A stretch of DNA of 64,000 nt from Asterias rubens (GCF_902459465.1 NC_047067.1:19840001-19904000), one strand, 5' to 3'; positions 50,113 through 63,866 are shown, counted from the first letter of the stretch. The notes: a model not told the origin generated them from the letters alone. A program made the numbers and translations.

Positions 50113-50489
50113 AGACACTGGACACTATTGGTAATTGTTAAAGACCAGTCTTCTCACTTGGTGTATCTCAACATATGCATAAAATAACAAACCTGTGAAA
50201 ATTTGAGCTCAATTGGTCGTCAAAGTTGCGAGATAATAATGAAAGAAAAAACACCCTTGTCACACAAAGTTGTGTGCTTTCATATGCTTGATTTCGAGAC
50301 GTCACAATCTAATTCTGAGGTCTCTAAATCAAATTCGTGAAAAATTACTTCTTTCAAAAAACTATGTTACCTCAGAGGGAGCCGTTTCCCACAATGTTTT
50401 ATACTATCAACCTCTCCCCATTACTCGTTACCAAGTGAGGTTTTATGCTAATAACTATTTTGAGTAATTACCAATAGTGTCCACTGCCT
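50113..50489. mobile_element. TTAA-target MITE, AG...CT termini (Kolobok-like), full length ~377 bp
   Basis: TIRs AGACACTGGACACTATTGGTAATT / AATTACCAATAGTGTCCACTGCCT; flanks GTAA (left, one change) and TTAA (right, 50490-50493). Confidence 0.85.
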
Positions 50490-50871
50490 TTAAAGTTGCC
50501 GTAACTCTTATTTACTAGTTGAATGGATGGAAAAGAACTTTTGCCATGATCAGACTCACAATGATGCAATTGAAACAAATAGTGGACACTACAGTGCTAT
50601 TCATACGACAGCAATTTAACTGGGGTCCCTTGCCTTATTTTAGCATGGATGTAAAATATAGAAAAGATTTTGCAACAGAACTTGGGCAGTAGACAAAAAT
50701 TGTAAAATTTTACAACCATGTTACAATTTAGCATGGGACCCCTGCTAAAGTGAAAAAGTGAAAATCTAGAACAGAAGAACTTGAAGTTCTGTTCTAGCTT
50801 TAAAAGTTGTTAATATGTAAATACTATGAATGATTCCTATAAGTGGAATTGCATGTTACTAAACTTTACTA

Positions 50872-51014
50872 GATTTGGGGATTGAACAAAGTTATTGACA
50901 AATATAGGGAGACTGCCAACATATTGCTGGGACAGCTCAGTTGGTAGAGTGTGAGCATGTTAATCTGGAGATTGTTGGTTTAAATCCTGCTCAAGTCAAC
51001 TTCAACCCCAAATC
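50872..51014 (+). mobile_element. tRNA-like (A/B box) repeat core flanked by inverted repeats
   Basis: AGCTCAGTTGGTAGAG (A box) and GGTTTAAATCC (B box, 50977-50987); arms GATTTGGGGATTGAACAAAGTTATTGAC (50872-50899) and GTCAACTTCAACCCCAAATC (50995-51014). Confidence 0.6.
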
Positions 51015-51298
51015 ATTTGAGATTTACCCACTCAGTTTCCATTCTGATATATTATTTGATAAATTTTAATATGTACTCATTTTTTAAAATAAACTAAAAC
51101 TCCACAACCAATTATTTGCAACTTGCGTTCCATGCTTAACACTATTTTTCTATTTTTACACCAAACCATTTGAAGTTTACCCAAATTGTTTCTTTTGTGG
51201 TTTATTATTTGATAAATTTTTATAGGTACTCAATTTAAAAAAAAATACAAACTCCACAACCAATTATTTGCAACTTTACTTTCCATGCTTAACACTTT
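51006..51298. repeat. ~153-bp degenerate tandem duplication
   Basis: TATTATTTGATAAATTTT at 51050 and 51203; CTCCACAACCAATTATTTGCAACTT and TTCCATGCTTAACACT occur twice. Confidence 0.85.
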
Positions 51299-54200
51299 TC
51301 AAAGAATTAGCAACTTGAGTCTGATGTATAATGGGGGGTGGCACTGACATGCAATGCAGCTGCCGGGGTCTGATAAATAGATTTTAATAGTATTATCAAA
51401 GGTTAGGAAAGCCAAACAATGTGCAAAGAAAGAAACAAAAACCTCAGGAACGTCACACCAATTTATCATTGTCAAGACTTTTAAATGGGGTTTACATTAT
51501 ACAGATTATCAAAACAACCTGTTTGGGTAATTCTTGCCTACCCCCTACAGCGTACAAAGTCTCTGAGCATGTACACGCAACCTATGTACATGCCTACACA
51601 TGGCATGTATAAAGATGATCATCAGATGGGGCTTTATATTCATTGTGTAAGATAAGCACATTAATCTGAAAAGTGGATCATTAAGCAGATACTTCTATAA
51701 AAGAGGAAAGTAGAATAAGCTGTTGCAAACTGCTTACCAACCAATTTGGTTCCAAAAGGACCTATAAATGCAATGCTAGGGTCAAATCGTCAGAACTATT
51801 TTTTACACTACTAAAACAGGGCATGAGCATAAGATTTGGGCCAGCATTGCAGTAATCACATGCTTTTTACGAATCTGTTTTCTTGGTGAAAACAAAAATC
51901 ATTTACGGACATTATTTGTAGGAAAATCAGTACACATGAGACTGTCGCCATATAGTAAGCTCAGAAAAAGGCCCTATCAAAATTGGCAGCTACATCTACG
52001 GCTATGATTTTCAATCTGTTCTTCAATGCATGGGCAGAAAAAAAGGCATGGCCAGAGCTGTAGCCACCAGGACCAGGGTGCAAGCTTCACTCTTCAATTT
52101 AGGGGGCGGGGCATAAGTGAAGGGAATACACAACTTGGGGAAGGCAGTGGGGTGTATAAGTATGGAAAATGTTAACACACTACCGAGTCACGTCACATAA
52201 TATAGACATCAATGTCAGTTTGAGTTTGAATGATATGAGTTTTGCTTATATATTAAAGTCTGGTAATAAAAAAGATAATGTACTAAGCTTTTTATTAAAA
52301 AAATCCAAAACTGCCATTCTGCGCGCGTGTGTTGAGGGGGGTGGGGGGGGGGGGGGGGGGGTTAAAATGAAAGTTAGGGACAATTCCCCCAAACACCCTG
52401 TAGTGACACCACTGGCTGCTATTGTCCACGTAAGGTTTTCCCTCAATCTGTTAAAAGCAGGTCTGGTTCATCAGGTCACCCCATCAAATTAGCCGTTCTG
52501 ATTGGCTAGAAGCTTGCCTTGCCTTGTACATGTACGTCTCTGATTGGTTGACAGGCACCACCATACAGCCTTCAACACAAGCTTTTGACTAAGTAAAGAA
52601 CAAACCTGGTCAATAGACTCTAAAAGTATATAAAAAGACAAAGAAGAAAAAAGACAAAAAGGGTGTTTTTCTGTGTGCAAAGAGTGATTCATCGAGCCAG
52701 TCAGATGGCGAGCCAGTCGCGTGCCGAATGGCCTATCAAACAATACCCTGAAGCGTGTCAAGGACAGAACAAAAGCTAATAAATGTTCCGCCTCTGCTGT
52801 GTATTGGAATGTTTATAGGCAGGTGGTCTGCGACAGGAACAATCACCTGGATTCCAAGATTAAATTAGTCCGATTTACCTGATTAGAACTAAGTAGACCC
52901 TAAAGGTACTTCTTTGCAAACATTTTTTTCTACATTTTTAATTTTTTGTTCATGGGGATGGCCTTCTTTGTGTGACAAACAACAAAATGTAATGCTGGCT
53001 CTTTTCTGAACAGATGATTAAAGTTCCTTGAACCCTTGTTCTCCTGAAATCCCCTCGGCAGAGGGTTTACAATCCAACACCATGTACTTTAATCACACCC
53101 CCCCCCCCTTAATTAAAAAAAAATATGATGCAGCAAAACATACCCTAATTGGTGCTACTCTTCAGACCACTTCAAAAGCTTTCTAATGGTTTGAGCTTAT
53201 CATCATGGCTATAAAGTGGTAATCAAACTTTTATATGGAATGCTGTAAAATGTCTATTGCACATTCTAAACAATCCTTCAACAAGTTCTGCAACAAAATG
53301 TAAATTCTGTTGGAAGTAAGATTTAAAACCACAAGTTACATGTTAACAGAACTGGAAATTACTGCTAAATATTCTGTAACAAAATATAAACTCTGTTGAA
53401 ATTGATTGGAGACTAGTGAACCATGAGTGAACTAAGTACATCCTTCTACATTTGATTATACGAGATTTTGACAAGGTCCCCTCTTCAAAAACACTTCATA
53501 GGAGTTTAACCTTCCTGCCTCTACATAACCCTCAAATTGAATAGAAAATCAGCAATTGGAATAACTCGAGAGTTTGGAATAATAACACTGCCAGCGCCTT
53601 GCAGTAAATACCTACTAACTACAAGAGCACCAAGGGCAGACCCATGGCTCCATGTCTTATCATACTGGATCTGAAAGTTCACTGGAGTGTACATAACACT
53701 AAAGCCCCCCCCCCCCCTTTTATCACAGTGGAGACTGTTGATAAAGCTTCAGGGAGCGTGCCACTCATCAGTAGACAATAAACCTTCCACGTGGGGAACC
53801 CATTGTCCCCGGCAACCGCACGAGGGATAGACCAATCAGAGAGTACTTCACTACAAGAAGTTTATAATGGGGAGACCTGTGGCACGAGCCCCTCGTCATT
53901 CCTGTACACCTGGAATCACCTGCTAGACCTTTGACCTCAACTCTCTTGTACCCCGGCCGCAAACTCAGTTGCACAATTCAACTCCTTTTGAAATTAGGAA
54001 CAATGGGTATTTTTCCTAGGGATGGCCGATTAGATTTTCTCTTTTAAAGAGAGACCAGGGCGGAAGTGTGACCAGCTCAATACAAACACAGGGGTTGCTT
54101 TGGGGTGAATAGAGAGATTTTTATGACCCGTTTAGTTGCTCAAGGATATGGGATAAATATTAACATTGCTTTATGGTCAACTTTGCCTGTATTCTGAAAC

Positions 54201-55027
54201 TCGCTCTTAAGGCAAAAAAAAAAAGGTTTTTCTTGCACGCAAGCTTGGTGATTGGTTGACCAATTGACAGTTGGTTTGGGACAATGGGCACACTCCACCC
54301 AAGGGCGGATCTAGGGGGGACCCGAATTTAAAGCCATAAAAGGGTATTTGATTTTGGCCAATGCAGGCCGACAGGCTTTATTTGACCAGTAGAATGGACA
54401 TTCCAATACACACTGGCACCAGAAGGAAAACTAACAATACTAACAGAAGGATAGATTCATGAAAGAAAGACGAAGGGAGACGAAAAAGCCAACAAGGTGA
54501 TTCCACGGGTATCACAATGAGTAGACACATCATAAAAAAAATTTTAAAAAACGCATCTCTGGTAAACAGATTCGGTATGACTATTTACTGACAGCATTGC
54601 TGTTTCACACAAAGTACGATTTGTAAAATTCACAACCATGCTAAAAATTAAGCAAGGGACCCCAACTAACTACTGTCATGTGTATTAGGGCTATTGTCAC
54701 ACAATGAAGAGGCACATCATACCAAAAAAAAGAAAACATATTGGAATCACTGGTAAACAGATTCAGTATTACAACTATATACTGACACCATCTGTAACTA
54801 CAAAACATTAAGACAAGACTTAATTTTTATATGTCTTGCTCCTCATGTGACACATTCTTGAGGCTAGTCTAAGGGTTTACAAAGTACCGTCTTACCACCC
54901 AGTAGAACCGCCTCTCTCTACCCATGAATTAACCATCAAGCTCTAGTCAGAATCTTGCTGCTTTTTGAAAGCACTCATCATGTGCTGACAAGTATATCAA
55001 AAAGGGGTTCAAAAGATCTTGGCCAAG

Positions 55028-55160
55028 TCTCATGGCTCTTGTCGTAAGCAAAGTATCGACAGTCGTGGAAGCAGAGAGTTCCAAGCTTGTGTCAAGCACA
55101 GAAATGAAAATGCAGAATTTGGCTCTGATCATGACTATTTGATATCCAAGCAACTCCTTT
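55028..55160 (+). pseudogene. possible decayed LINE (RTE-like) AP-endonuclease C-terminal fragment
   Basis: Frame from 55028 reads SHGSCRKQSIDSRGSREFQACVKHRNENAEFGSDHDYLISK, resembling the ID..(n)..GSDH..L end of APE domains; no flanking ORF. Confidence 0.35.
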
Positions 55161-58100
55161 TAATAACTGTGAAGAGAAAAACTGTCCTACTGTGACATAA
55201 TATGTATGTCGCAGTTTGTCAAGAAAGATGCTTACAGTTTATTATTGTGCCTACTTGTCGAGAAAATGGACAAAAAGTGCCGCTAATGATAAGTGGTAGT
55301 TAACTAAAAACTTAAAGATAACTATTGTCAGGATCTCAACATTATCTCTCATCCCTAAGCCACCCACATACAAATATTTTTGCATGTTACATGAACTTTG
55401 AGTATTGTCCGTGGCATACGCTAATATATTTTTTGGTTCTTTTTAAAAAGGCATTGTCTGACGAAATTCATTCAGAAATACTTTTTTTTTTACAGGCCCA
55501 GACAAACTTTACTGTTTATCTTACAAAAGCACTGAAACTGTCTCTGAACACCTGCAATGAATGTTTTCTAAATAATAAAAAGGAAATTTTCAAGCTTGAT
55601 TTGGAAGTTTGTACATATAAACCCACGCTTGTTTTGGTACAAAAACATTAATTTTAAAAATTGAATAGTAGGTCAACCATGCATGACTACAACACCCATT
55701 TTTTATTTGATGTTCACACAATTTAAAATATTAACTTTGAGGGAAAGTGCCTCAGGACTTTGAATTTTTTTAATATTTTGTTTACAACTTTTAAAGCGGA
55801 AAGTTCAGAGGCAAGCCCAAAATGGGGAGGGAAACCGAGGACAACAGACCGCAAACAAATCCAACATGTATATTGTATCAATAGAAACAATGATTGAGTG
55901 TTGAATGTTATTTGTTTGTGGTTCTAGCCCAGCAGCTGCCCGTCGAAAAAAAACATCAACAACAATCTGTGCATATTTGCAGAAAGGCCTTATACGATAC
56001 ATTCCATCGGACTTCGTGTTCACTCCCACGCTGAGCAATTATTTGCTCTCTACAAAACGGTATAACCCCCAAAAAATCCTGGTATCTTACTGATGGACAG
56101 GGCTCAAATTTGACACACTGGACAGCGAGATTGAGGCCACTGAGTTTTAGTGTTGGGCCAGTTAACTTATAACTGGACAAGTAAAGCAGCCTCACTTTTT
56201 GTTATAGGATGCAAATGTTTTTTAATATGAATGTAAACATTACAAGCCTTCATTAATGTTATTATATATTATTAAGAATACCTCAGTGTATCATGTCAAC
56301 AACAACAAAAAGTTTGTTAAAATTTTGACCATTCAATTCTATTGAGAATATACATAATGGCTACTCAACACCCCAAAGACAAATTAAGTCAAACTTCCCT
56401 AACATGTCTTAGCACTTGTTCAAAGTAAATCAGTTAACTAAAATGCATGTTAAACTGGATTTAAAAAAAATTGCTTTTGTTCATATGAACAATTTTCATC
56501 TTTGTGTCTTTAATCATCACACGGCTGTACAAGTTTTGGTATGTGCCCCCCTTTCTACAAATTCAAGCTCTGGTGGGGAACATTAAATGACCTTATGCTC
56601 GTACTCACGGCCATAATGGATCAAACTGATCCCTAAAACCTTGATTTGGATTTGAGTATATGTCGTGACGATATTCTTTTAAAGGATGGACAAACATGTC
56701 AGCCATGTCAAAAAGTCCGATCCTTGACTAAAATGATTTTTTAAGTCATCAACAAACATGGTCCGGTGGCGAACCTTTGCATTGTGCAGCCTCGAGGTTG
56801 CAAATGTAGCTACTAACAGGTGGAATTGGGAGAGTACGTACCCCTCCTCTTTTGAAAAGCTATTTTGCCCCTCCCCCTCCCCAACCTGCTTTCGACAAAG
56901 CTATCAAATAATTTTCCTCAACAAATGATATAGAGGCGACCTCCTGCCCACTTTTAAAAGTGTCCTGGCGCTGTTTCTACAGAAAGAGGGTACTATTTAG
57001 GTTGATGGTGCTGCATAATCCTCAGGAGTCAATTGAGGTGGTTTCAAGAATACCTGTGTCGAATGCAGCCGGTTAAACATGTTGGACATGGTTTAGTTTC
57101 CTTCGATGAAACTTTCCTAGGCTCTTTCAATCGGACTTAAAATGGTCAAGTTACCAATTTGCTTGGTTAATTTACCCCCTTCCCCATCCAAACCCTCACC
57201 CTTAAAAACCCCCATTGAAAATCAAACTTAATTGCGAACACAGCTCTGAGACCAACACTTGAAGGTGTATAGAAAAGTAGGCATTGAATAAACAGCAAAT
57301 GCTTTCTTTCCTCCCTGACAGAATTTTAGTTCTAGAAATGAACCAAATTCCCTCTCTCAATCTTACAGGGGAAAAAATCCATCCCTACCCCCCCCCCCCC
57401 ACCCTAAAGAAGCAAGGCCATCTGACCAATTTACCCCATCCGGGCATCACAAGTGGGTAACCCTTCATTTTTTTATTGACAAATCTCCAGGTGTCGGCCG
57501 GTTGTTCCTTCGAGAGAGAAACAAATTTCAGGAAGGTGGACGACCCACTGTAAAAAGCAGACAGACTAAATCTGTCATTCAATCACAAAAGGGGAATAAT
57601 CCACAACCCCTGAAAGAGAATGGGCCACAATTTGAAAAGATTTTCATCTTGTTTTTTTTTCCCCCTGTTTTTTTTGGTCCTCGAGTTTTCTTTGCAACAA
57701 TTCTGTCCCCGCTCACCTGCCAGGAGATAAACCGGAATAATTAAGATCGGAGAGGATTTTTTTCCTTGTATCAAAATTTAGCCCATCTTTATTGTCCCCT
57801 TTACTTCTTTGTGGGTGAATGAGGTCATTGTGTCTAAAAAAATACTTTGTGTAAAAACTCAATCCATCTGGATTGCGCTATAAAAAGTCCTCTACAAAAA
57901 TTCTGGAATTTGAAGGGGGACAAAAAAATCAAGTGTTTATATCCATAAGCACCAAGTTTTTATTTGTATTAATCCTTTTTTCAAAATGTTTTTTAATTTT
58001 TTCGCAGGGAAAACTGCAGCTAATTAAACTTTTCCAAAGTTTCAGATGTTATCACAAAACTTTCTGGACTGTTTCTATCTTACATATAAAAGTAGAAACC

Positions 58101-58341
58101 AAAAACTGAGTTATAGGAAAGAACCCAAAGTTCACTTGTAGGTTTCTGTAAAAAGAAAGGAGGGACAGCAACAAAACTAAAGGCACCATGTTTCATATAT
58201 TATTGTACCTCATCACATGGCAGTTGACACTTCTAATTAAAAAGTAAAAATTACTACGAATACAAAATTCTACAAGACGTAAGATGTTCAAGTACATGGC
58301 AAAAAAAAATATAAAATTTGTTTATTAATATATATTTTTTA

Positions 58342-58374
<33 letters not shown>

Positions 58375-58619
58375 AGTTTGAGATTCTCTATTTTGGCAAG
58401 ATTTTTATATGCAATGGTTCATACCCAGGTTTACAACCCCTATGATGTTTGGATGGGAATCAAATTCTGTTATAAAGCAGAGTTTTTAAAAATTTCCAGA
58501 GACGTTGTAGCTCGGATATGTAAAGGAAGAGAGTTCCAGAGTGTTGGTGCGGATACAGAAAAAGCACAAACGTTGTTGGAAGTGTTAGCAAACTCTTTGG
58601 CTTACAACAGCTAGGTGAA

Positions 58620-58713
58620 ATGTGTTTTGGCTGGTAACCAATTTATGTTAAGCACGCTTCTTTTGCTTAGTAGAAACTCTGTTGCTTCTATAACAGCTTG
58701 ATGAAGTTGGTCC
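58620..58713. mobile_element. right-hand fragment of a GGCCCAATTTCA-type MITE
   Basis: tttggctggtaacc...ttgcttag...acagcttgatgaagttggtcc matches the right half of the other copies. Confidence 0.5.
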
Positions 58714-58840
58714 CACAGGTCAAGTGAGGGAAAAAAGGGACTCGCTCGTAGAGACAGAAGAATGTGTGTTCAGCAGGTCCATGGGTAGAGAGTTCTAACT
58801 GAGCTTTATGAGGTGAACTGCCCCACAGCTAATATTGTAA

Positions 58841-58918
58841 GCAACTGGCTCGACTGGATGGTTACACAGCAACTTTGATTATCGCATGGGGGTTCAAAGA
58901 CCAGTTCTAGCCAGTTGC
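58841..58918. repeat. short inverted-repeat element (~78 bp)
   Basis: GCAACTGGCTCGACTGG (58841-58857) vs CCAGTTCTAGCCAGTTGC (58901-58918). Confidence 0.5.
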
Positions 58919-61651
58919 AACCGACCTGATCATATTATCCCCGTCCATTCTCTATCAGCTCAATAGGGTTTGGAAACGCTGTATGCATTCCAATAGTGCA
59001 GTGAGGAACGGACAAAGAGCCATTCCGGAAACTACCCCTGGAAGGAATTCAATGCGGCCACTGATGCATGGTGTTCGGGGGCAGATTTTTTTTAGATGTT
59101 TTATATGAAACGTTGTAAAGGGAGGGGGAAAAACTCGCTTGTAGAATTGCTTTGTGGCTGAACTGAATGCCTATACACACTGAGTTTTTTTTTCTTGCTT
59201 TCTCTTATTTCCATAGGGTGTTAAACACAGGGTTTTTTTCGGGAGGGGAAATTCTAGCTTTGTACTATTCTAACACAACCAGTGCTAGATGCAGGCAGAT
59301 GCTGTGTCGATATAATGAAGTGGAAGTATAGTGTCTCTAAACACCTGTTATAAACGCTACCCTAACGCCAGGACAGTTTGTGAAGCCCCCAAGCTTCAAT
59401 AAGACAAAAGTACAAAGAAAAGGGTACAAAAAAGAGTTAAAAAGAAGAAGTGCTTAAACACCATTATTTTCCAAAGTTGACAACAAAGTCTGGGAGGGAG
59501 GGAAAAAAACATCCACAAACAAGGCGGCACGAGGCTGTCTCGTATCTTTCGAACCACCGACACATCCATAATAAAGGACTGCTGTTGGAACCCTTTCCAA
59601 TGACAGTGTTCAGACACATGATAGCAAAAGTTGGAAAAAAAGAAACGTAGGTCCTATTTACAGAACTGGTTTGAAAATCCTCTTATCCATGTTGAAAATT
59701 CAACCAAAACCAAAGCTCTTTTCGGGTCCTATATCCTACTTATTACTTCAGAACATCAGAACTTTACAAAACAAACCCCAAAGAAGACATCTTAACAGAA
59801 ACAGGCATGGAGAAACCCTCAACTATTTTTATTTGTGTTTATCTGTTTATGACTTGAGCCGGCGGATTTTATATTAACTAGGCAACCTTGCATGCCAGAG
59901 AGAGAAGCTTTACGTCCAAAATACCCCTGCCCTAAATCTCAGCTTACAGAGGCTAAAAAGCAAAACCCTCTTTCATCCCATAATATTCCCCTGACAGATT
60001 CCAAATCCCTTTGCAAGGTAGGATGGCGATCAAAAAGATAAATCCCCGTACCCTCCTAAGACGTCCCCATTCCTCCTTCTCCGTTGATAACTGAAATCTT
60101 CGGCCGACCCCCACAGAAAAAAAATCAGGTTTATGAATACACCTGCAGTGATAAGTAGACTCTTTAGTGAGGTTTTGCTTGAGAGGATTCCAGATTCTTG
60201 AGATTGGAAGACTTTTTGTAAGGCACGAGACTGGCTTAGCATAACCCTCTGTAGAGAAAATCAGGCGAATGACCTGGCCACCCATTTTCATTATAATGAC
60301 TGTACTGAAATGTGTAAAGCTTGTCAAATCTTTACAAAAAGGAAGAACAAACAAAAACGGCCCGAAAAACCCAAACCTACAGAAACTTTAAACAAGTTGT
60401 ATTTTTATTTCAAGTTTTACACTAACACCAAAGTGTGTTAAACACTGTATAATCAGTACTTTCCGGAGTCTCGTGCCTATTACTCAGGTGGGATTGTGTA
60501 TTTTCATATTTGTACAAAATATTTCTATGTTCACCTTTTTTATAATTCAACACCCTCTTAGTATTAATCTGTCAGTTTTAATGTAATCTTTTTATCTTTG
60601 TAAGCTCGACTTGTTACCTAGACTTGTCAATTCTTCAGGTTTTAATTATACAATAAAGCAAGTTGAATAAAATAAATTAACAAAATAAAAGAATGAACAG
60701 TTGTTAAATATCTTTAATCAGAGTAAAGCATGTGCATCTTTACTTATTTATATCAATACATTAACAATGACCCAGTCCCCATAAACGATAAAATATTATT
60801 TGTTTAAAAGAACACATCCAAAGTCCCAGCTGAACAATCCAATAAATAACATGTCTGTGTTTATAATAGATGTACATGCACATGTATATAGATGTAAAGG
60901 CATGCACAGAACATGTCATTAAAATCACCCAGACACCTGCCTTCTCCCTAGTTACTGGCACTGAATTTGGTTAATTCAGCCATTTCCCCAACAATAATCA
61001 CAACCACAAAAAATATGAAAAAAGTCTACTCAGTAGAACATCCTATTCCCTGAGCACAAGCCACACCCACTTCCACAGCTAAGCCGCGCCTCCTGCAACC
61101 TGATTGGCTGGCCTTGCAGAGACTTCTGACCAGTAGCATTGCTCAGTGCCGTCTATGCAAATTCTGTGAACAAAGGCTGATTTTCACAGTGTTTCTCCAT
61201 ACACTGTTGGTACTTACTGACTAAGTGATGGGCTGTAGACTTTCAATGCACCATGGTTTGTTGGGTTGTTAATAGTTTCTGATTAAAATGAAGCAAAGCT
61301 TTTGGACACTTTGGCAGAGGAAATGTTGAAGCCAACAAAGGGACAACAAATCCAGTTTTAATTGCATGATTTAAGGCTGGAACCTCCAAAAAAAATGTCG
61401 ATAAGATTTGCAACTTACATTTCTTGCATTACACAATATTCACATTCTGGCTGAACTTTCCACTTACATAACAGAGACAGACTGACCATGTAATTCCCAG
61501 TTATGAAACGATTTATATTGATGTTGAGTCACAACTGAGGCCAAATCAAGTAAAAATATTTGAGTTTTTGGTACAAGGTTTTTCAGTCACAAATATCTCC
61601 CAACTTTGGGGTATTCAGAGGTTAAAATGAAAGTCCCAAATGCAATGAATT

Positions 61652-61989
61652 GAAAGGGTGTGTCAAAGAAAAGTATCATCAAGTGGTGGTCACATATCCC
61701 AACATAAATTAACAAATCTGTGAAAATTGTAACTCAATTGGTCATCAAAGTTGTGAGAGATTAATGAAAGAAAACTTGTTGATCAATGTGTGCTTTCAAA
61801 TACATAAAAAATGGCTTCAGCTGAAGTCTTTTATTGTGTGAGAAATTACCTCTTTATCAAAGAACTCTGTTACTACAGAGGGGGCCGTCTCCCACAGTGT
61901 TTTCTATCAACAGCTCTCCATTGCTTGTTACCAAGCAAGTTTTTTATGCTCACAAATTTTTGAGTAATTACCAATAGTGTCCAGTGCCT
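61652..61989. mobile_element. Kolobok-like TTAA MITE copy, left end decayed (left boundary approximate)
   Basis: Colinear with 50113-50489 (tgtgaaaatt..ctcaattggtc.tcaaagttg.gaga); right end GAGTAATTACCAATAGTGTCCAGTGCCT|TTAA. Confidence 0.75.
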
Positions 61990-62642
61990 TTAATAACAAC
62001 CTTGGTGTAAAGTTGGCACTAATGAAAGATCGCCTGTGCCTCTTACAGTCCTGTTTGTTAATACCTTTGTGGGTCACGTTTTCAGCTCCAAGCTGGGTAC
62101 CAGAATGGTAATGAATCCATTCAACAAGGTCACAATTGTTATTATAGAAAGGATACTCGAGCCTCAAAGACCAAAGCCACCAAACTCACTCAGATCTTAA
62201 GAAAAAAAACACCATGCTCTCACGAAATGGTTATATAAACTGGAATAATTTTGGAACAAGGGAAACATTTTATTGGGAAAAAAACTGGAAAAGTCAGCAC
62301 AAAGATTTGAAATTTCTTAGAGTCCTTACCTGGACCAACTTTAAAAGAGCTGCTTAAGAAGCAAATATTGCTTAACAATGTTCTGCTAGGGAATAAATAA
62401 GCAGGATAAACCTACCAGTTTTGAAGGTACAAGCGCTCTGATCTTGTGGGTTTTCACCCAAACTCTGAACCCAGTGTAAAGTACCCTATATGCTGTCAAT
62501 TAAGGTCATGTTTCCAGACAGCTATGTCCACTCAAAACTTTCCTAACCACAAACAAATCTTGCTTAGCACAGACAGGTTACCAGCTAAAAATGCCATGTG
62601 AAGTATGTTTCTTGTAACTGCATGACTGCTCTATATTCTAAT

Positions 62643-62796
62643 CCCCATTTTTGTTCTGACAACCCCCCCCCCCCCCACACTCTCGTGATTTACAGGCTGA
62701 GGTAAGGGCAAGGGTAAGGGATAGGGTAAGGATTAGGAAATGACACTTAGGGTGTCGGAGCATACATTTAGTAGGCATGTCAGAACATTATTGGTG
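62643..62796. mobile_element. second TGTTCCGACA-type element with internal (GGGTAA/GGGATA)n
   Basis: TTGTTCTGACAACCC ... GGGTGTCGGAGCA ... TGTCAGAACA, with a telomere-like G-rich spacer. Confidence 0.5.
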
Positions 62797-63642
62797 TGTA
62801 AGCTTGTCTTTAAGCTTGAACAAGCACCTATATTAAACAATACAGCTCTGTTAAAATATGCCATGGTTATAAGTACTTTGTATAATGACTCCGCAGAGAA
62901 TGTGTAAAGCATCAGTCACCAGTACACAACCAGCCTCATTATGAAATCAATACACTCTGTATAAGCAAACCAAGATGGCCGAATCTCTGTGATGTTGTGC
63001 TTTTCCCCCCGACTGTTTATTTACCATTTTGTAAACCCTTCCATGGTCAAAGCTTCAAAGCTTCGGCACCCAGGTCCTTGCCCTATAAAAAAACCAACAC
63101 CACCCCAAGGTGAACCTTCGCTCAGTGGTTCCACAGGCAATCCCGGTACCCCTACCACAGGGAACAGCCAAAAATATCATGGGGTAATAACGACTCTCTA
63201 TATCATTACACATCACTTAACTGGTTATAACAGGGTATCAGGATATAATTGGTTGCTTATCCTTCCATTTATATAGTATTGAAGGTGAGAATTACCATAT
63301 CATCCCCCCCCCCCACCCAAAAAAGAAACCCACAAAAAAACACCAAGGCCCCTTTTGCCGTGCCAACAACCTAGGTTTATATATTGCTTTAGAAAATAAC
63401 TCCAAAGAAAGCTGTCTACCCCTTCTAAATTGAATGCCGAAAGAAGAACAAAAAAACGCCTTCAGTTTGTTGACAGAATCTCCAGGAAGAGTCTTGCTCT
63501 ATGGTTCCATCAAGGAGAAGGATCAAGGTTTTGTTTCGTTTCCTTTTTAATTCTGGCTGTGAAGCCAAGGACTCTCTCAGAGACCCTAATCACAATATTA
63601 GCCAAGAACCCCATGGAGAGAAGACAAAGAAGGAAGTTTAAA

Positions 63643-63750
63643 TTTTAGATGTGGGAGGAAAAACCCTGGAAAAATATTCCAGGGAAACCCACGCAGTTGA
63701 GTAGGGACTTAACACTCATTTGACATAGTGCCCCCGTCCTAATGTGAACC
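63643..63750 (-). mobile_element. decayed copy of the same V-domain-like SINE
   Basis: ttttagatgtgggaggaaa...gggaaacccacgcag..gagtagggact matches the 32.2 kb copy. Confidence 0.55.
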
Positions 63751-63820
63751 AGGTAACACCATGTTTTATGTGTAAATCTCTTTTGAGTAGTGTCGGTTCT
63801 GAACAGAATAGATGGTTGAC

Positions 63821-63866
63821 AAATCAATGTTTAAATCAGCATGCTCTGATCGTCTTTAGGAGAAGA
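63821..63866 (-). ncRNA. hammerhead-ribozyme-like motif (Penelope-like relic), helix II intact, core mutated
   Basis: Minus strand: CTC-CTAAAGA-C-GATCAG-AGCATG-CTGATT-TAAAC-ATT-GA; the 3' flank is similar to the 25.3 kb copy. Confidence 0.4.

Noticed and set aside
59953-60354. 133-aa ORF on the minus strand
   Set aside because: No homology-like motifs or splice-consistent partners; consistent with a random ORF.
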